Assembly (NCBI GenBank): GCA_965224195.1 | Contig: OZ245040.1 | Coordinates: 448,001 to 512,000, forward strand | DNA: 64,000 bases | Reading direction: 5' to 3' | DNA from: Nitrosopumilus sp. | Lineage (GTDB): Archaea; Thermoproteota; Nitrososphaeria; Nitrososphaerales; Nitrosopumilaceae | Shown: positions 1-9,730 of the stretch, in pieces | Layout: each line of letters opens with the position of its first letter | Position numbering within the stretch: the stretch's first letter is position 1 | Position numbers and translations under genes: made by a program | The notes under the pieces: generated by a model | Seen by the model: the letters and a program-made list of their open reading frames with translations, nothing else | The model's database searches: none | Told to the model about the DNA's origin: nothing

Positions 1-1
1 A

Positions 2-3000
2 AATGATTTTAAAAGATATTTAATTTTTGGAAATAATCTACAAAAAAATGATTTTTTAAAAACAAATTCAATTTATGGAATCCAATCTGATAGCGGATTT
101 TTTTCTGTTGCTATTCTATCTGAAACTTCTGCATCTAATTTAATTTCTCAGGGGTATTATGTAGTTGAAGATTTCCAATTAGATTTTCATTCACAAAATA
201 ATCAAACTCAAGATGCTTCTAGAATTGGAGATATTACTGGATCAAATTTAGCCAAATCAAAGTATGGTTCATCTGGAAATGATACAATAATTGCAATTGT
301 AGATACGGGAGTTGATTTTTCAAATCTTGACATTCAACATTCATTAGCACGAAATGAAATTAATCATCCTATAATGCTTGATCCTGATGGACAAGGAATT
401 GTATTAACAAATGCAACATTTTTTGCATATGTTGATGAAAATGAAATTATTCGAAATTATAGTAAACCCATTCCATCACATATGACATCTTCAGCATATG
501 TAACACGTGATGGAGTATTCCTTGATGTATCTCAAGGGGGGAAAGGTAGTGACATACCTATTTACAATTCATTTTTTCCACAAATTGGTTCATCTGTAAT
601 ATTTAATGGAACACTTGATACTGATATAAAAATTGGCGATGATAATAGAAATTATATCAAATCAAAAAGTGGGATTTATCATCTTGGTGTAATATATCAG
701 GGAGGATTAAGTGGACCATTAGCTAGAATACAAGTTGTCCCAGTATTGGTTGTTGACTCATTTCTTCCAGGAGTGTATGATACAATAATTCCTGATTTGA
801 GTACATCTTGGGAAGATTACACAAGATTTGATTTAGAACCTGGACAAAAAGCAAATTATGATTTTGATTTTACTGATGAGAAACCTATAGTTTTAGGAAG
901 CGGAAATGAATTTCTTGTTTATGATTCTAATCAAGACGGAAAAAATGATTATAGCGCAGGAACATTTGGCGCACAAGTTCTTGATGTTTATGGTGTAATT
1001 AGAAATAATTTTACTGACATTGATGATACTCTAAAGGCAATTAATGGAACTCTTTTACCTCCTTTGGATTCTGATGGTGAATTTTTTGGTTTAATGACTG
1101 ATTTTATGGGGCATGGTACTTCTAGTGCTGCATCAATAACTTCACGTGGTCACGAAGTCTATGATATTTACAACAACTCAAAAAAGTATTCTATAACTGG
1201 AGTAGCTCCTGATGCAAAAATTGTACCAGTCAAAGCTTTGTGGTTTGGTGACACTGTTTATGGTTGGTTGTGGTCTGCGGGATTTGAAAATAAAGATCAT
1301 AATTGGAAATTTTCAGGTCAACCTAGAGTAGATATAATTTCTAATAGTTGGGGGGTATCTACTTTTCCATCTTTTAATGCATCACCTGGTATGGATGTAC
1401 TATCATTGATTCTTACCGTACTAGCAACTCCTAATTCATTAGATGATAATTATCCTGGAGTTACAATAATTTCTAGTGCTGGAAATTCTGGACATGGATA
1501 TGGGACAATTGGACTTCCTAATGTATCACCGTTTGGAATTTCTGTGGGTGCAACAACAAACAATGTTTTTGTAGGATATGGGCCATTCAAAGATCAACCT
1601 AGATTTGGAAATACAACTATCCATTCTAATCATGTGGTTGATTTTTCTAGCAGAGGTCCAGGCTCTATCGGAGATCCAAAACCTGATGTAATGAGTATTG
1701 GTGCACATGGATTTGTTCCATCAAATCTTTTAAAAATTCATAAAGATTCTAAAAATGAATCTTTTTCATTATTTGGAGGAACTAGCATGGCTGCACCTCT
1801 AGTCTCTGGTAGTGTTGCAGTGCTAATTGAAGAATTAAAAAAACAATCTAAAGATTATGATTCTTTTTTAATCAAAAATATCCTCATGTCTACTGCAACT
1901 GATTTACATAATGATCCATTTACTCAAGGATCCGGATTAGTAAATCTTGAATCTGCTTTGAATTATGTAAATGGAGAAAATGGAGTATTCATAGTACATA
2001 ACGATGACTCATATGATAATATAAAAAATATTCTTAAACCTGCAATTGAAAAAATTAACTCTACATCAATAGGATTTGAAAAATTTCATCTGCCTTCAAA
2101 ATCATTCCCTATGACTAGTTGGTTTGCAGGCCAATTGTTACCTGGTGATCGAACTACAACAACCTTTACAATTGATAATCCAACCAATGATACTCTTTCG
2201 ATAAATGTAAATCCTCAAACTTTGTCATTAATGTCTAAAACTCAGTTCAATGGAACAACAATCGTACGTGAACAAGATTCTGTATTAAACAACACTGATA
2301 CATTCATTCCAAATTATGTTAAATTATCTGAACTTGCAAATCAGGATGAACTTGGGAGATTTTTTAACAATGATGATCCAATCCCAGATGAATCTTTACT
2401 AATGATTTTAAATCTAAATTTCCGATTTAATGATTTTATGAATAACACTTCAGATGTTTATGCTGACGATATCAAAATTGCTTCTCTCTATCTCTATGAT
2501 TGGATGGATAACAATAATGACACAAAAATTACAAGTGATGAATTATCAATGGTGAATAGAGCTGGTTCTTGGGGAACAGTGCAAGAACTTAGAGTTTCTG
2601 ATCCAAATGAAAAATTTGATGGTGTTCCTTTAGTTGGTGTCTATCCTGTACCTACAAGATATTCTTACTGGCTAGGTGATACAAAACAAAATTCTACTTC
2701 AATGGATTATACAATTTCTGCTAGTCATTATGAAAAAGAAAAGTGGCCATTATTGTGGACTGAGCATGAAAAAATTTCTGTTTTACCTGAAAATTCATCA
2801 ACTATAGATATTACATTAGTAACTCCATCTGATTTACAAACGGGAATCTATCAAGGATTTTTAACTTTTGAAAATGAAGAACACGTTGTAAATGCACCAA
2901 TATCTTTTGTAATTAAACAACCTGTAAGTGAAAATGATTCTACAATTTTGATCAAAGGAACATCGAGTGATGATGTTCTTTATGGAAATGGTTACACAAA

Positions 3001-3637
3001 AGGTGCATTTGATATGGTTAATAGATACATGGCAGGAGATTGGAGACAATATTATTTTGATATTCAAAATGAATCAATCAATACTGCAGCAATTGAGATT
3101 TCATGGATTAGCAGCAACACCAATCTATCTGTATTTGTAATGGATCCTTCAGGAAAAATAATACAAACTAATGTCCCATCTGGTGTCTTTGGACATTTTA
3201 TGGAGTGGGCTTCACTTGATTGGTTAGGAAATTCAATTTTTAGTCAAGGTGGGGGATTTTTCCCTGTGAAAAATAAAGATGATACTTCAACTGTTCTTTA
3301 CGTGCCGATAAATCAAACAGGTACTTACACACTTTTAACTCATTCAACTTTATTTGGTGGTCATTCAACTACAGAACCAATTACACTTGCAGCTAAATTC
3401 ACACACATATCTCCTGAAATGTTTGATTCTCAAGAATCTGTAAATGTAGAAATAAAATCAACATCTACAAAATCTGAAGACATTTCTGAAATCATAACTA
3501 AAACAGAAATTCAAAATCAAATGAATATTGATACTGATCTTCCATTCGGTACAGGAATTGCAATAGGTATAGTCATTGGAATTGCGATCGGATTAGTTTT
3601 CATTTTAATCATAAGACAAAAACCTCCAAAAGATTGA
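2..3637 (+). CDS. S8 (subtilisin-like) serine protease, membrane-anchored, 5'-truncated by window edge
   Basis: Frame is open from base 2, upstream of the listed Met at 374. Catalytic motifs IAIVDTGVD (~290-315), GHGTSSA, SAGNSG and GGTSMAAP; C-terminal hydrophobic helix followed by RQKPPKD. Confidence 0.9.
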   Translation, partial: NDFKRYLIFGNNLQKNDFLKTNSIYGIQSDSGFFSVAILSETSASNLISQGYYVVEDFQLDFHSQNNQTQDASRIGDITGSNLAKSKYGSSGNDTIIAIVDTGVDFSNLDIQHSLARNEINHPIMLDPDGQGIVLTNATFFAYVDENEIIRNYSKPIPSHMTSSAYVTRDGVFLDVSQGGKGSDIPIYNSFFPQIGSSVIFNGTLDTDIKIGDDNRNYIKSKSGIYHLGVIYQGGLSGPLARIQVVPVLVVDSFLPGVYDTIIPDLSTSWEDYTRFDLEPGQKANYDFDFTDEKPIVLGSGNEFLVYDSNQDGKNDYSAGTFGAQVLDVYGVIRNNFTDIDDTLKAINGTLLPPLDSDGEFFGLMTDFMGHGTSSAASITSRGHEVYDIYNNSKKYSITGVAPDAKIVPVKALWFGDTVYGWLWSAGFENKDHNWKFSGQPRVDIISNSWGVSTFPSFNASPGMDVLSLILTVLATPNSLDDNYPGVTIISSAGNSGHGYGTIGLPNVSPFGISVGATTNNVFVGYGPFKDQPRFGNTTIHSNHVVDFSSRGPGSIGDPKPDVMSIGAHGFVPSNLLKIHKDSKNESFSLFGGTSMAAPLVSGSVAVLIEELKKQSKDYDSFLIKNILMSTATDLHNDPFTQGSGLVNLESALNYVNGENGVFIVHNDDSYDNIKNILKPAIEKINSTSIGFEKFHLPSKSFPMTSWFAGQLLPGDRTTTTFTIDNPTNDTLSINVNPQTLSLMSKTQFNGTTIVREQDSVLNNTDTFIPNYVKLSELANQDELGRFFNNDDPIPDESLLMILNLNFRFNDFMNNTSDVYADDIKIASLYLYDWMDNNNDTKITSDELSMVNRAGSWGTVQELRVSDPNEKFDGVPLVGVYPVPTRYSYWLGDTKQNSTSMDYTISASHYEKEKWPLLWTEHEKISVLPENSSTIDITLVTPSDLQTGIYQGFLTFENEEHVVNAPISFVIKQPVSENDSTILIKGTSSDDVLYGNGYTKGAFDMVNRYMAGDWRQYYFDIQNESINTAAIEISWISSNTNLSVFVMDPSGKIIQTNVPSGVFGHFMEWASLDWLGNSIFSQGGGFFPVKNKDDTSTVLYVPINQTGTYTLLTHSTLFGGHSTTEPITLAAKFTHISPEMFDSQESVNVEIKSTSTKSEDISEIITKTEIQNQMNIDTDLPFGTGIAIGIVIGIAIGLVFILIIRQKPPKD

Positions 3638-3675
3638 ACAAGGTTTATAAGCAATTTGGCGAGAACGAGAGCTGA

Positions 3676-4281
3676 ATGTCAGAACTGGGGACAAAAAAGT
3701 CTGGCGGATTATCCCGAAGAGACTTTCTCAAATTAATGGGTGCCGCAGGCACTGGATTAGCATTTGCACCGTTTGTTCCGTTTGGTAATTTCATGCCAAA
3801 TCCAAATCAGGCATCTTTAGAAAGAGTTCCAGTAATTTTACCTGATGACACTCAAGCAAATATCAATACTTATCCAATTAATCATGCAGAAGTAATTACA
3901 TATCCTGCAACTGGTGATGCTGCACTTGATGCAGAAGCATTTCGTAAATGGCAATTCATTAGACTGCCAGAAGAATTAGGCGGAGATAAAAAAGATACTA
4001 GTTCATTACGAGCTTATAGTATGATTTGTTTACATCTTTGGTGTTTATGGAAATATTGGCCTGATGAAGGAAGAAAGAGGGGTGAATGTCCTTGTCACGG
4101 TAGTATGTATGATCCAATGACTGGAACAGCATTTGTTGGTCCCGCATCAGTTCAAGCTGCACCATCAAACACTTTACCCAAATTAACTTTAGATATAGAT
4201 TCAGATGGTTTAGTATTCATCATGCCACCGAAATTTAACGCAAATGATAATGGAGTAATTGGATATGGCCGTTTCGCTTGA
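3676..4281 (+). CDS. Rieske 2Fe-2S subunit of complex III
   Basis: Tat signal SRRDFLK; CLHLWC and CPCHGS Rieske boxes; directly upstream of cytochrome b. Confidence 0.92.
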   Translation: MSELGTKKSGGLSRRDFLKLMGAAGTGLAFAPFVPFGNFMPNPNQASLERVPVILPDDTQANINTYPINHAEVITYPATGDAALDAEAFRKWQFIRLPEELGGDKKDTSSLRAYSMICLHLWCLWKYWPDEGRKRGECPCHGSMYDPMTGTAFVGPASVQAAPSNTLPKLTLDIDSDGLVFIMPPKFNANDNGVIGYGRFA

Positions 4282-5860
4282 AAGAAGAACTGGGATTGTA
4301 GCACTCCTTTATTGGTTTTGGGATGGAGTAGACCGTACCATCTTCACTGCAATTAAATTTTCGTTCCCTGCAAGATTTGTAAGTCCATTTGGATTTTTAG
4401 GAATGCTTACATTCATTGTTTTCATTATTCTTGGAGTATCAGGAGCTTTACTGATGTTTTACTATCAACCAATTTTAGATAGAGCTTGGGATAGTGTTCA
4501 ATTCATTAATGATGATGTTCCATTTGGTTTTCACATTAGAAATATCCACTACCATGGTTCTAACGCTATGGTACTTCTTGCAGTTCTTCACATGTATTAT
4601 CAATACTTTAGTGGACGATACAAAATTAGAAATGAAGTTTTATGGATGACTGGTGTCATTTTAGGAACTGTTACAATTCTTGAAGCATTTACTGGATATG
4701 ATGTTATTTTTAGTGAAAGAGCTGAGCTTGCGATTAGTATTGCGGCGTCGTTAACTACATCCATCCCTGTTGTAGGACCTACAATTCGTGATGCGGCGTT
4801 GGGTAGTGGATTCTCGGACTTTGTATTAAGATTCTATGCACAACATGTATTCTTGCTACCTATTGTAATGCTTGGATTAATGGCCGTACACTTCCCAAGA
4901 TTCTTGGTATTTGATGTACCTATGGTAATGGCAATCGGTGGTGCTATTTTGATCACTGGTGGTGTCTTTCCAATTGATATGGGATTCAAGTTTGAACCCA
5001 CGGTACCGCCCGGTGTCACAGTTCCTGAATGGTATCTTACGGGAATCTATGCATTCATGAGGACGCAATATGACAAGTTTGTTACAGGTTTACTGTGGCC
5101 GTTGTTATTCATCATATCATTTGTATTGATTCCATTTATTGATAGATACAAGAAATTCTCTTGGAGAGATAGACCAATAATCACTGCATTCGGAATTACA
5201 AGCCTTGCTCAAATTATGGTTACAACATACTGGGGATTCTATATTTCACCTGATACAAAATTACCATTAGTTGAGCGTTTGGTAATTGATCCGATATTCT
5301 TCTATTCTACAATGATATTGTTAGTACCTCTAGGATTTGGATTTACTTACATGATGATTAAACTAGCAAATGAAGCCGAAAGAAAATCAAAACTTGCTAA
5401 AAGTAGTGGTCCACAAAAAGTTGCTACCATCAATTTATCTGAAAAATGGATTAACTGGTTATTGGTTGCACTATTGGCTTTCCAAGTATTCTTAAACATT
5501 GCCGCATACAATGCGGCATTAACAGGAATGAAGAATATTTCATTGTTCTTTATAGGAATTATCCTGTTAGTCTTTGCAGCATTCTTCCATGTGTACAGAT
5601 ATGCAATGAGTCAACAAAAGAATGCGCCACCACCTGCACCTATTCCTGTAGTTGAGGAGAAACCGAAACTAGCAGAACCTGAAGTACCTGTAGAGCAGAG
5701 TAAACTTACCGAAGGTGAAACAGCATCTGATTCAAAACCAGCTCCAAAAGAATTGATACCAGAAGTACCAGTACCAAAAACTCAAGCAGATTTGGGAGTT
5801 GGTGAAAGTAATAATTCAAATGCTGGCTCCAACGATATTGATGGAGTGAAAAAATTATGA
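4265..5860 (+). CDS. cytochrome b/b6 subunit of complex III with C-terminal extension
   Basis: RNIHYHGSN and VLHM heme histidines, PEWY motif, many TM helices. Confidence 0.93.
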   Translation: MAVSLERRTGIVALLYWFWDGVDRTIFTAIKFSFPARFVSPFGFLGMLTFIVFIILGVSGALLMFYYQPILDRAWDSVQFINDDVPFGFHIRNIHYHGSNAMVLLAVLHMYYQYFSGRYKIRNEVLWMTGVILGTVTILEAFTGYDVIFSERAELAISIAASLTTSIPVVGPTIRDAALGSGFSDFVLRFYAQHVFLLPIVMLGLMAVHFPRFLVFDVPMVMAIGGAILITGGVFPIDMGFKFEPTVPPGVTVPEWYLTGIYAFMRTQYDKFVTGLLWPLLFIISFVLIPFIDRYKKFSWRDRPIITAFGITSLAQIMVTTYWGFYISPDTKLPLVERLVIDPIFFYSTMILLVPLGFGFTYMMIKLANEAERKSKLAKSSGPQKVATINLSEKWINWLLVALLAFQVFLNIAAYNAALTGMKNISLFFIGIILLVFAAFFHVYRYAMSQQKNAPPPAPIPVVEEKPKLAEPEVPVEQSKLTEGETASDSKPAPKELIPEVPVPKTQADLGVGESNNSNAGSNDIDGVKKL

Positions 5861-6318
5861 GTGGTCCTACTTCTAGTCATGCATATGGAATTGGAATGAT
5901 TGCATTAATTATTGGCATGTCTGCATCTGTTGTATTTTATACATCATTTTATCTTCCTGAATCATTAGCAAAACCATCTGTTTCTGATCATATTTTACAC
6001 CCTGAAGAAGATTTTATTATTGAAATTGTTCCAGGGGCTGTAGTTGAAGGAAATCCAAACTATGTTCCAAACAAACCTGTTGTGGCATTAACGATTAACA
6101 ATAAAGTAATTTGGCAGAATAATGATGACACTGCTCATACTGTAACTCCTGATCATAGACATGCAGATAGTTACAGTGGAGACTTTGGTTCTACTGGAGT
6201 TATAAAATCTGGAGAAAGTTATGAATTCTTGTTTACTGAACCGCAAGATGTTCCTTATCACTGTAAACCTCATCCATGGATGAAAGGAATTATTTCTGTA
6301 GAAAAAAGTAGATTCTAG
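5857..6318 (+). CDS. membrane-anchored plastocyanin-like blue copper protein
   Basis: N-terminal TM helix; AHTVT and YHCKPHPWM type-1 copper ligands; overlaps the cytochrome b stop codon. Confidence 0.9.
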   Translation: MSGPTSSHAYGIGMIALIIGMSASVVFYTSFYLPESLAKPSVSDHILHPEEDFIIEIVPGAVVEGNPNYVPNKPVVALTINNKVIWQNNDDTAHTVTPDHRHADSYSGDFGSTGVIKSGESYEFLFTEPQDVPYHCKPHPWMKGIISVEKSRF

Positions 6319-6665
6319 TTAGAATATTTTGCAAATATTATCTGACTTTCAATTTCTTTATGTTGTTCAATAATTGATACTCTAAATTTTACTTCATACT
6401 CTTGATTTGGTTCAAAATTAATCATTGCAGTAAATTCTGCTTTATCTTCAGGCATTACATCTTTGTTGATAAATAATCTTGAAACATTCTGTGATATTTT
6501 TTTTCCATTATATGATTTGTAACTAATATGTTCGTTTGAATCTAAAATTGTGGTATTAATTACTACCCCGTCATATCGTCCTGGATATGAAACTAAAATG
6601 ATTCCTGTAATTTCAGAATTTGGATGAATATCTGTTGAATTTAATTTGAATTCTAAATCTTTCAC
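6315..6665 (-). CDS. hypothetical protein
   Basis: 116-aa ORF filling the gap, GTG start, no recognised motif. Confidence 0.65.
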   Translation of the reverse strand: MKDLEFKLNSTDIHPNSEITGIILVSYPGRYDGVVINTTILDSNEHISYKSYNGKKISQNVSRLFINKDVMPEDKAEFTAMINFEPNQEYEVKFRVSIIEQHKEIESQIIFAKYSN

Positions 6666-6704
6666 AAAATCTTGTTTCTAAATTAGAATAATAATTTTGT
6701 TAAG

Positions 6705-6779
6705 TGGGCCCAAAGGGCTTCGATCCCTTGACTTTTGGATTAGAAGTCCAACACGCTATCCATGCTGCGCCATAGGCCC
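6705..6779 (-). tRNA. tRNA-Arg(TCT)
   Basis: Minus strand GGGCCTA...TGGGCCC-A acceptor; anticodon arm TTGGA-CTTCTAA-TCCAA. Confidence 0.93.
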
Positions 6780-6812
6780 GAAAACCTAAAAATTAATTAC
6801 CATTTTAAGGGT

Positions 6813-7676
6813 TTACAGCCACTTTTTTTGATAATTTTCTCTTTCCATTTTGAAAAGAAATTGTTGTGCATATCCTGCATATGGGCCAAAATGATTTACA
6901 ATTTTTTCATGAAGAATTTCATATTGTTTTTGAGTAATTGATTTTGTTTTTAATTGGAATTTATCCGAATAATATTTTTTTAATATTTTAATCATCCATC
7001 TGTCTAACGGAAAAGATTCCAATTTGTTTAACGAAAATAATAAAATACAATCTGCAACTTTGTTTCCCACACCTGGAATTTTACAAATCTCTTCCTTTGC
7101 ATCTAGATAATTACATTTCTTCAAATATTCAAAATCTATTTTTTTTAAAACTATCATGTTTGCAGCATCCTTGATAAATTTAGCACGATAACCGACTCCA
7201 CAACTTTTAATTTCATTTATTGATGCTTTAGCAAGAATTTCAGGTTTTGGAAATAAAAAAAATTCTTGGTTCTCAAATTCAACTTTTTCTCCAAACTTTT
7301 TTGACATTTTTTCTAAACTATTTTTAATTTTTTGGATGTTAGAGTTTGATGATACAATAAATGAAATTAAACATTGAAATGGATCTTGTTCTAGAATTCT
7401 TAATCCTAAATATTGTTTTACAGCTTTTTTGGAAACATTATCTTTAGAAATCGATTTAATTATTTTTTCAATATTATCTTTTTTTCGAAAAAAATCTGTT
7501 TTTGTATTTTGATATGATTTAATATTGCCTAACTTGGATATTTTTAAAATATTTTGCCCATTAATCCCATACCAACTATCTTTATTTTTTCTCCAAAGAA
7601 AAACTTGACCACTATTGATTGAATTTTCAACATTTATGATGCTATTATTTTGCAAATTAGATAGATATTTCATCAT
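6813..7676 (-). CDS. 8-oxoguanine DNA glycosylase (OGG1/HhH-GPD family)
   Basis: SGQVFLW N-terminus; HhH motif IPGVGNKVADC; FPLDRW; GYAQQFLF. Confidence 0.9.
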   Translation of the reverse strand: MMKYLSNLQNNSIINVENSINSGQVFLWRKNKDSWYGINGQNILKISKLGNIKSYQNTKTDFFRKKDNIEKIIKSISKDNVSKKAVKQYLGLRILEQDPFQCLISFIVSSNSNIQKIKNSLEKMSKKFGEKVEFENQEFFLFPKPEILAKASINEIKSCGVGYRAKFIKDAANMIVLKKIDFEYLKKCNYLDAKEEICKIPGVGNKVADCILLFSLNKLESFPLDRWMIKILKKYYSDKFQLKTKSITQKQYEILHEKIVNHFGPYAGYAQQFLFKMERENYQKKWL

Positions 7677-8922
7677 TTACTGCAGGTGAAAATGTTTCAA
7701 AACCAAATTCCTCATGAATTTCTCTAGCAAACATTTCACAAGACTCAGCATCCCCGTGCACTGTACAGATTTTGGGATTTCCTTTAATTTTTTTAATCAT
7801 ATCAAATAATTCTTTTCTATCTGCATGCCCCGAAAATTGAAATTGTCTAACCTCTGCTGAAACCTTTAGTTCTTTCCCTCTTGTTGATACCATTCCAGTA
7901 TCTAATAATTTTTTTCCAGGTGTTCCTTCACCTTGATAAGAAACTAGGGCTATTCCATTCTTACTATCAAAAGATAATTGTTGTAAATAATATACTGCAT
8001 TTCCACCTACCAACATTCCAGCTGGAGAAATTACAACACAAGGTTCGCCCATTGCTCGTTTTCTTTCTGCATGTTCTCTTATGGCAGTTGCGCTTTTGAT
8101 TGCTTCAGAAAATATTTTTGGATCTCTTAGGTATTCTGGATGTTTAAACATTATTTCATTTACTTTGAGTGCCATTCCATCCATAATGATTTTGTGTTTA
8201 AAATTTGAACTTCTTAGAATACATGCTATTTCTTGAGAACGCTCTACAGAAAATGATGGAATAAATAAAATTCCTTTTCTATCCATTACTTCATTTGCAA
8301 ATTCTATTAATTCAGTTTCTGATTCTTTTCTTGGCTTTTGCTCTGTTTTTGCATAGGTACTTTCAGTAATCAGTAAATCGATTTCTCCAATGTCTAAATC
8401 CATTTCTCGAAGCATTCTTGAGCCGTTTGTTTTGATATCTCCTGTGTAGAAAAGACGTTTTTTTTCAGATTCTACTAATACAGTACTCCCACCAATTACA
8501 TGTCCTGATTCTCTGAATTCAAAAGTTGCATTCCCTTTGGTTATTTTTTGTTTGAATCCAACTTCCTTGGCATTTTTCATCATATTATTTAATTCAGGTA
8601 AACCAAATGGATGTGCATTTTTTTCAATTTTCAACATATCATTAATCAATAATTTTGAAAGGTCAAATGTTGGAGGTGTAGCGTATACGTCAGTATTTCC
8701 ACTAACAAATAGAGATGGAACATTTCCTGAATGATCTAAATGTGCATGTGTGATAATGATAGCATCCAAATCCTTTGGTTTTACATGAAGTGGATATTGT
8801 GGAGGAGAACCTCTTCTTCCAAACATTACACCATAATCAAGTAATAATTTAGTACCATTACAATTAACTAAAAATCCCGATCTGCCTACTTCGTTTGCAG
8901 CACCTAAAACTTTAACATCCAA
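7657..8922 (-). CDS. beta-CASP metallo-beta-lactamase ribonuclease
   Basis: THAHLDHSG, GHVIG, YTGD, TESTY and FSGHAD motifs. Confidence 0.92.
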   Translation of the reverse strand: MDVKVLGAANEVGRSGFLVNCNGTKLLLDYGVMFGRRGSPPQYPLHVKPKDLDAIIITHAHLDHSGNVPSLFVSGNTDVYATPPTFDLSKLLINDMLKIEKNAHPFGLPELNNMMKNAKEVGFKQKITKGNATFEFRESGHVIGGSTVLVESEKKRLFYTGDIKTNGSRMLREMDLDIGEIDLLITESTYAKTEQKPRKESETELIEFANEVMDRKGILFIPSFSVERSQEIACILRSSNFKHKIIMDGMALKVNEIMFKHPEYLRDPKIFSEAIKSATAIREHAERKRAMGEPCVVISPAGMLVGGNAVYYLQQLSFDSKNGIALVSYQGEGTPGKKLLDTGMVSTRGKELKVSAEVRQFQFSGHADRKELFDMIKKIKGNPKICTVHGDAESCEMFAREIHEEFGFETFSPAVNDEISI

Positions 8923-9035
8923 GAATTAAAATGAATTTTCATCTACGTTAAAACCTTCTTAGCGACGATCCGATCATTATGCCTATCATGTAATCTACAA
9001 AAGCTTTAATTAGTGTAAGCTAAGATCCGATCCTC

Positions 9036-9248
9036 ATGGGAAGAAGTTTCGCAGATTGGTTAGCACAGCAAGACCAAGCCGTAGTCGCTAAGACACGTGC
9101 TGGTGATGAAGCAAACAAACCACTCTTAAATCAACTCAACTGGATTTGGGTAAACAATCTTATGAATAAGAAAGCAGACCTTAATCCTTCTTCAGCAGAA
9201 CTACTTGACTGGGTAACCTCTGGTCAAATAGATGCAATGAGAAAATAA
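9036..9248 (+). CDS. small conserved-looking hypothetical protein
   Basis: 70 aa; upstream TTTAATTA TATA-like box; downstream T-tract. Confidence 0.75.
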   Translation: MGRSFADWLAQQDQAVVAKTRAGDEANKPLLNQLNWIWVNNLMNKKADLNPSSAELLDWVTSGQIDAMRK

Positions 9249-9389
9249 ACGTGCACAACACGTTGTCTTTTTGTTTTTTAAATTCCTTAATCTAGATTCT
9301 GCGCATACATTTTGAATCGATCATTTTCATAACAGGGTTATGAATTTCGATCATAGTTTAAATAGGTACCAAGCAATCTAAATTTTGTA

Positions 9390-9692
9390 ATGCCAATAGC
9401 AATACTTCCAGACATTGATGAACAAAGATGTATCGGATGTGCACTATGTGTAGAAATCTGTACAACTCTTGGTCCTGATGTCCTTAGAGTAAAACCTGTT
9501 GAAGGCTGGAAGAGAGGTAAAGCATTTGTTTTCTACCCAGAAAGATGTATTTCTGATGGTGCATGCATAGGTGTATGTCCAACAAAATCAATCTTTTGGA
9601 TGAGACCAATGAATTACACAGCTGGACAACCAGTACCTCTTCACAAAAACGGTATCTTCATCAAAGGTTGGGCAGAAGACGCAGCTCTATAA
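9390..9692 (+). CDS. 2x[4Fe-4S] ferredoxin
   Basis: CIGCALCVEIC and CISDGACIGVCP (Asp replaces one Cys in the second motif). Confidence 0.92.
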   Translation: MPIAILPDIDEQRCIGCALCVEICTTLGPDVLRVKPVEGWKRGKAFVFYPERCISDGACIGVCPTKSIFWMRPMNYTAGQPVPLHKNGIFIKGWAEDAAL

Positions 9693-9730
9693 GCCGCATC
9701 TTTTAGCACATTCTTTTTTCTTATTTTTAA

